Position numbers and translations under genes: made by a program. From contig CAUSPY010000003.1 in NCBI GenBank assembly GCA_963533665.1, forward strand, positions 6,925-70,924: 64,000 nt of DNA, given 5' to 3'. Every line of letters starts with the position of its first letter. The first letter of the stretch is position 1. This document shows, piece after piece, positions 63,686-64,000 of this stretch. Source of the stretch: an uncultured Candidatus Saccharibacteria bacterium (GTDB lineage: Bacteria > Patescibacteriota > Saccharimonadia > Saccharimonadales > Saccharimonadaceae). The notes beneath the pieces are model-generated. The model searched no databases. It saw nothing but the letters and a program-made list of their open reading frames with translations, and was not told the origin of the DNA.

Positions 63686-64000
63686 TTAGATAGCGGCCAC
63701 AGTTTGAGTCATCGGCAAAGTATAAGTACCTGTTGCCTGTCCAGCTGGAATAGCCTGGCTCAAGCCGACACCGGTCACATAACCGCGCCAAACATCATCG
63801 GAACCAGCCGCCGCGCTAATCAGCGTTACTGGAGAAGTGCCGGAAAATGCTGCTTGCGAACCCAGTGTAATACCCGTGGAAGCACCGATCATTGATGTCA
63901 GCGTTCCGGCAGCTGGATTAACCGTCAACTGTCCAGTCGTAGCATTACCGTTGTATTGATATGTATTGCTACCGCTCGTCCACTTTCCCGTACCAGGAGT
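63686..64000 (-). CDS. Thr/Gly/Ser/Ala-rich putative secreted or surface protein (3' part only; 5' end outside the window)
   Basis: The frame is open from 64000. The track 'M' at 63928 is an internal TTG. The ORF ends '...ATGTYTLPMTQTVAAI*'. Confidence 0.5.
   Translation of the reverse strand, partial: TPGTGKWTSGSNTYQYNGNATTGQLTVNPAAGTLTSMIGASTGITLGSQAAFSGTSPVTLISAAAGSDDVWRGYVTGVGLSQAIPAGQATGTYTLPMTQTVAAI

Noticed and set aside
63579-63791. A 70-aa minus-strand ORF between the surface-protein genes.
   Set aside because: It overlaps the 3' end of the better-supported partial gene 63686..64000 in another frame. It has no SD and a Cys/Arg-rich composition.

Overview
This is a very gene-dense 64-kb bacterial chromosomal segment with about 70 protein-coding genes. 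Roughly five in six are on the minus strand with no strand-bias switch, so it is probably one replichore with no origin or terminus inside. Most content is housekeeping. Translation genes are rpmA, rpsB, tsf, rpmE2, rplU, frr, hpf, prfA, prfB, prmC, serS, lysS, proS, ileS and greA. Secretion and proteolysis genes are secA, lepB, rseP, htrA, and S41 and M16 peptidases. Division, segregation and repair genes are ftsE, ftsX, parA, parB and recF. Envelope genes are murD, uppP, uppS, galU, an LCP protein and a CHAP hydrolase. I recognised no rRNA, tRNA, CRISPR array, transposase or integrase. The standard genetic code is implied: RF1 and RF2 are both present, and TAA, TAG and TGA each close a recognisable gene (recF TAA, rpmA TAG, frr TGA). 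The repertoire is streamlined: ProRS lacks the INS editing domain, EF-Ts is short, and pyrH, cdsA and dxr are absent from their usual slots in the rpsB...proS cluster. Many start codons sit 6-10 nt after a TGnTAnAAT box. These traits fit a reduced genome such as a Patescibacteria/CPR (Saccharibacteria-like) organism, but that is inference only. Between the core genes lie visibly AT-richer islands of ORFs with no family I can name. The most notable is a four-gene minus-strand cassette (42743-46022) that splits the prfA-prmC pair. It encodes an HExxH protein plus four copies of one unrecognised ~100-aa domain spread over three adjacent genes. Other points are two tandem paralogues of unknown function (38454-40001) and an ORF pair joined by a +1 shift at an A5 run (36426-36430). 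There is also a 75-bp remnant copy of the neighbouring M16 peptidase gene, a PadR/PspC/ABC/UppP envelope module with a palindromic operator candidate, and a Fic protein next to about 480 bp of unassigned sequence. All family calls come from motif recognition by eye; no searches were run.
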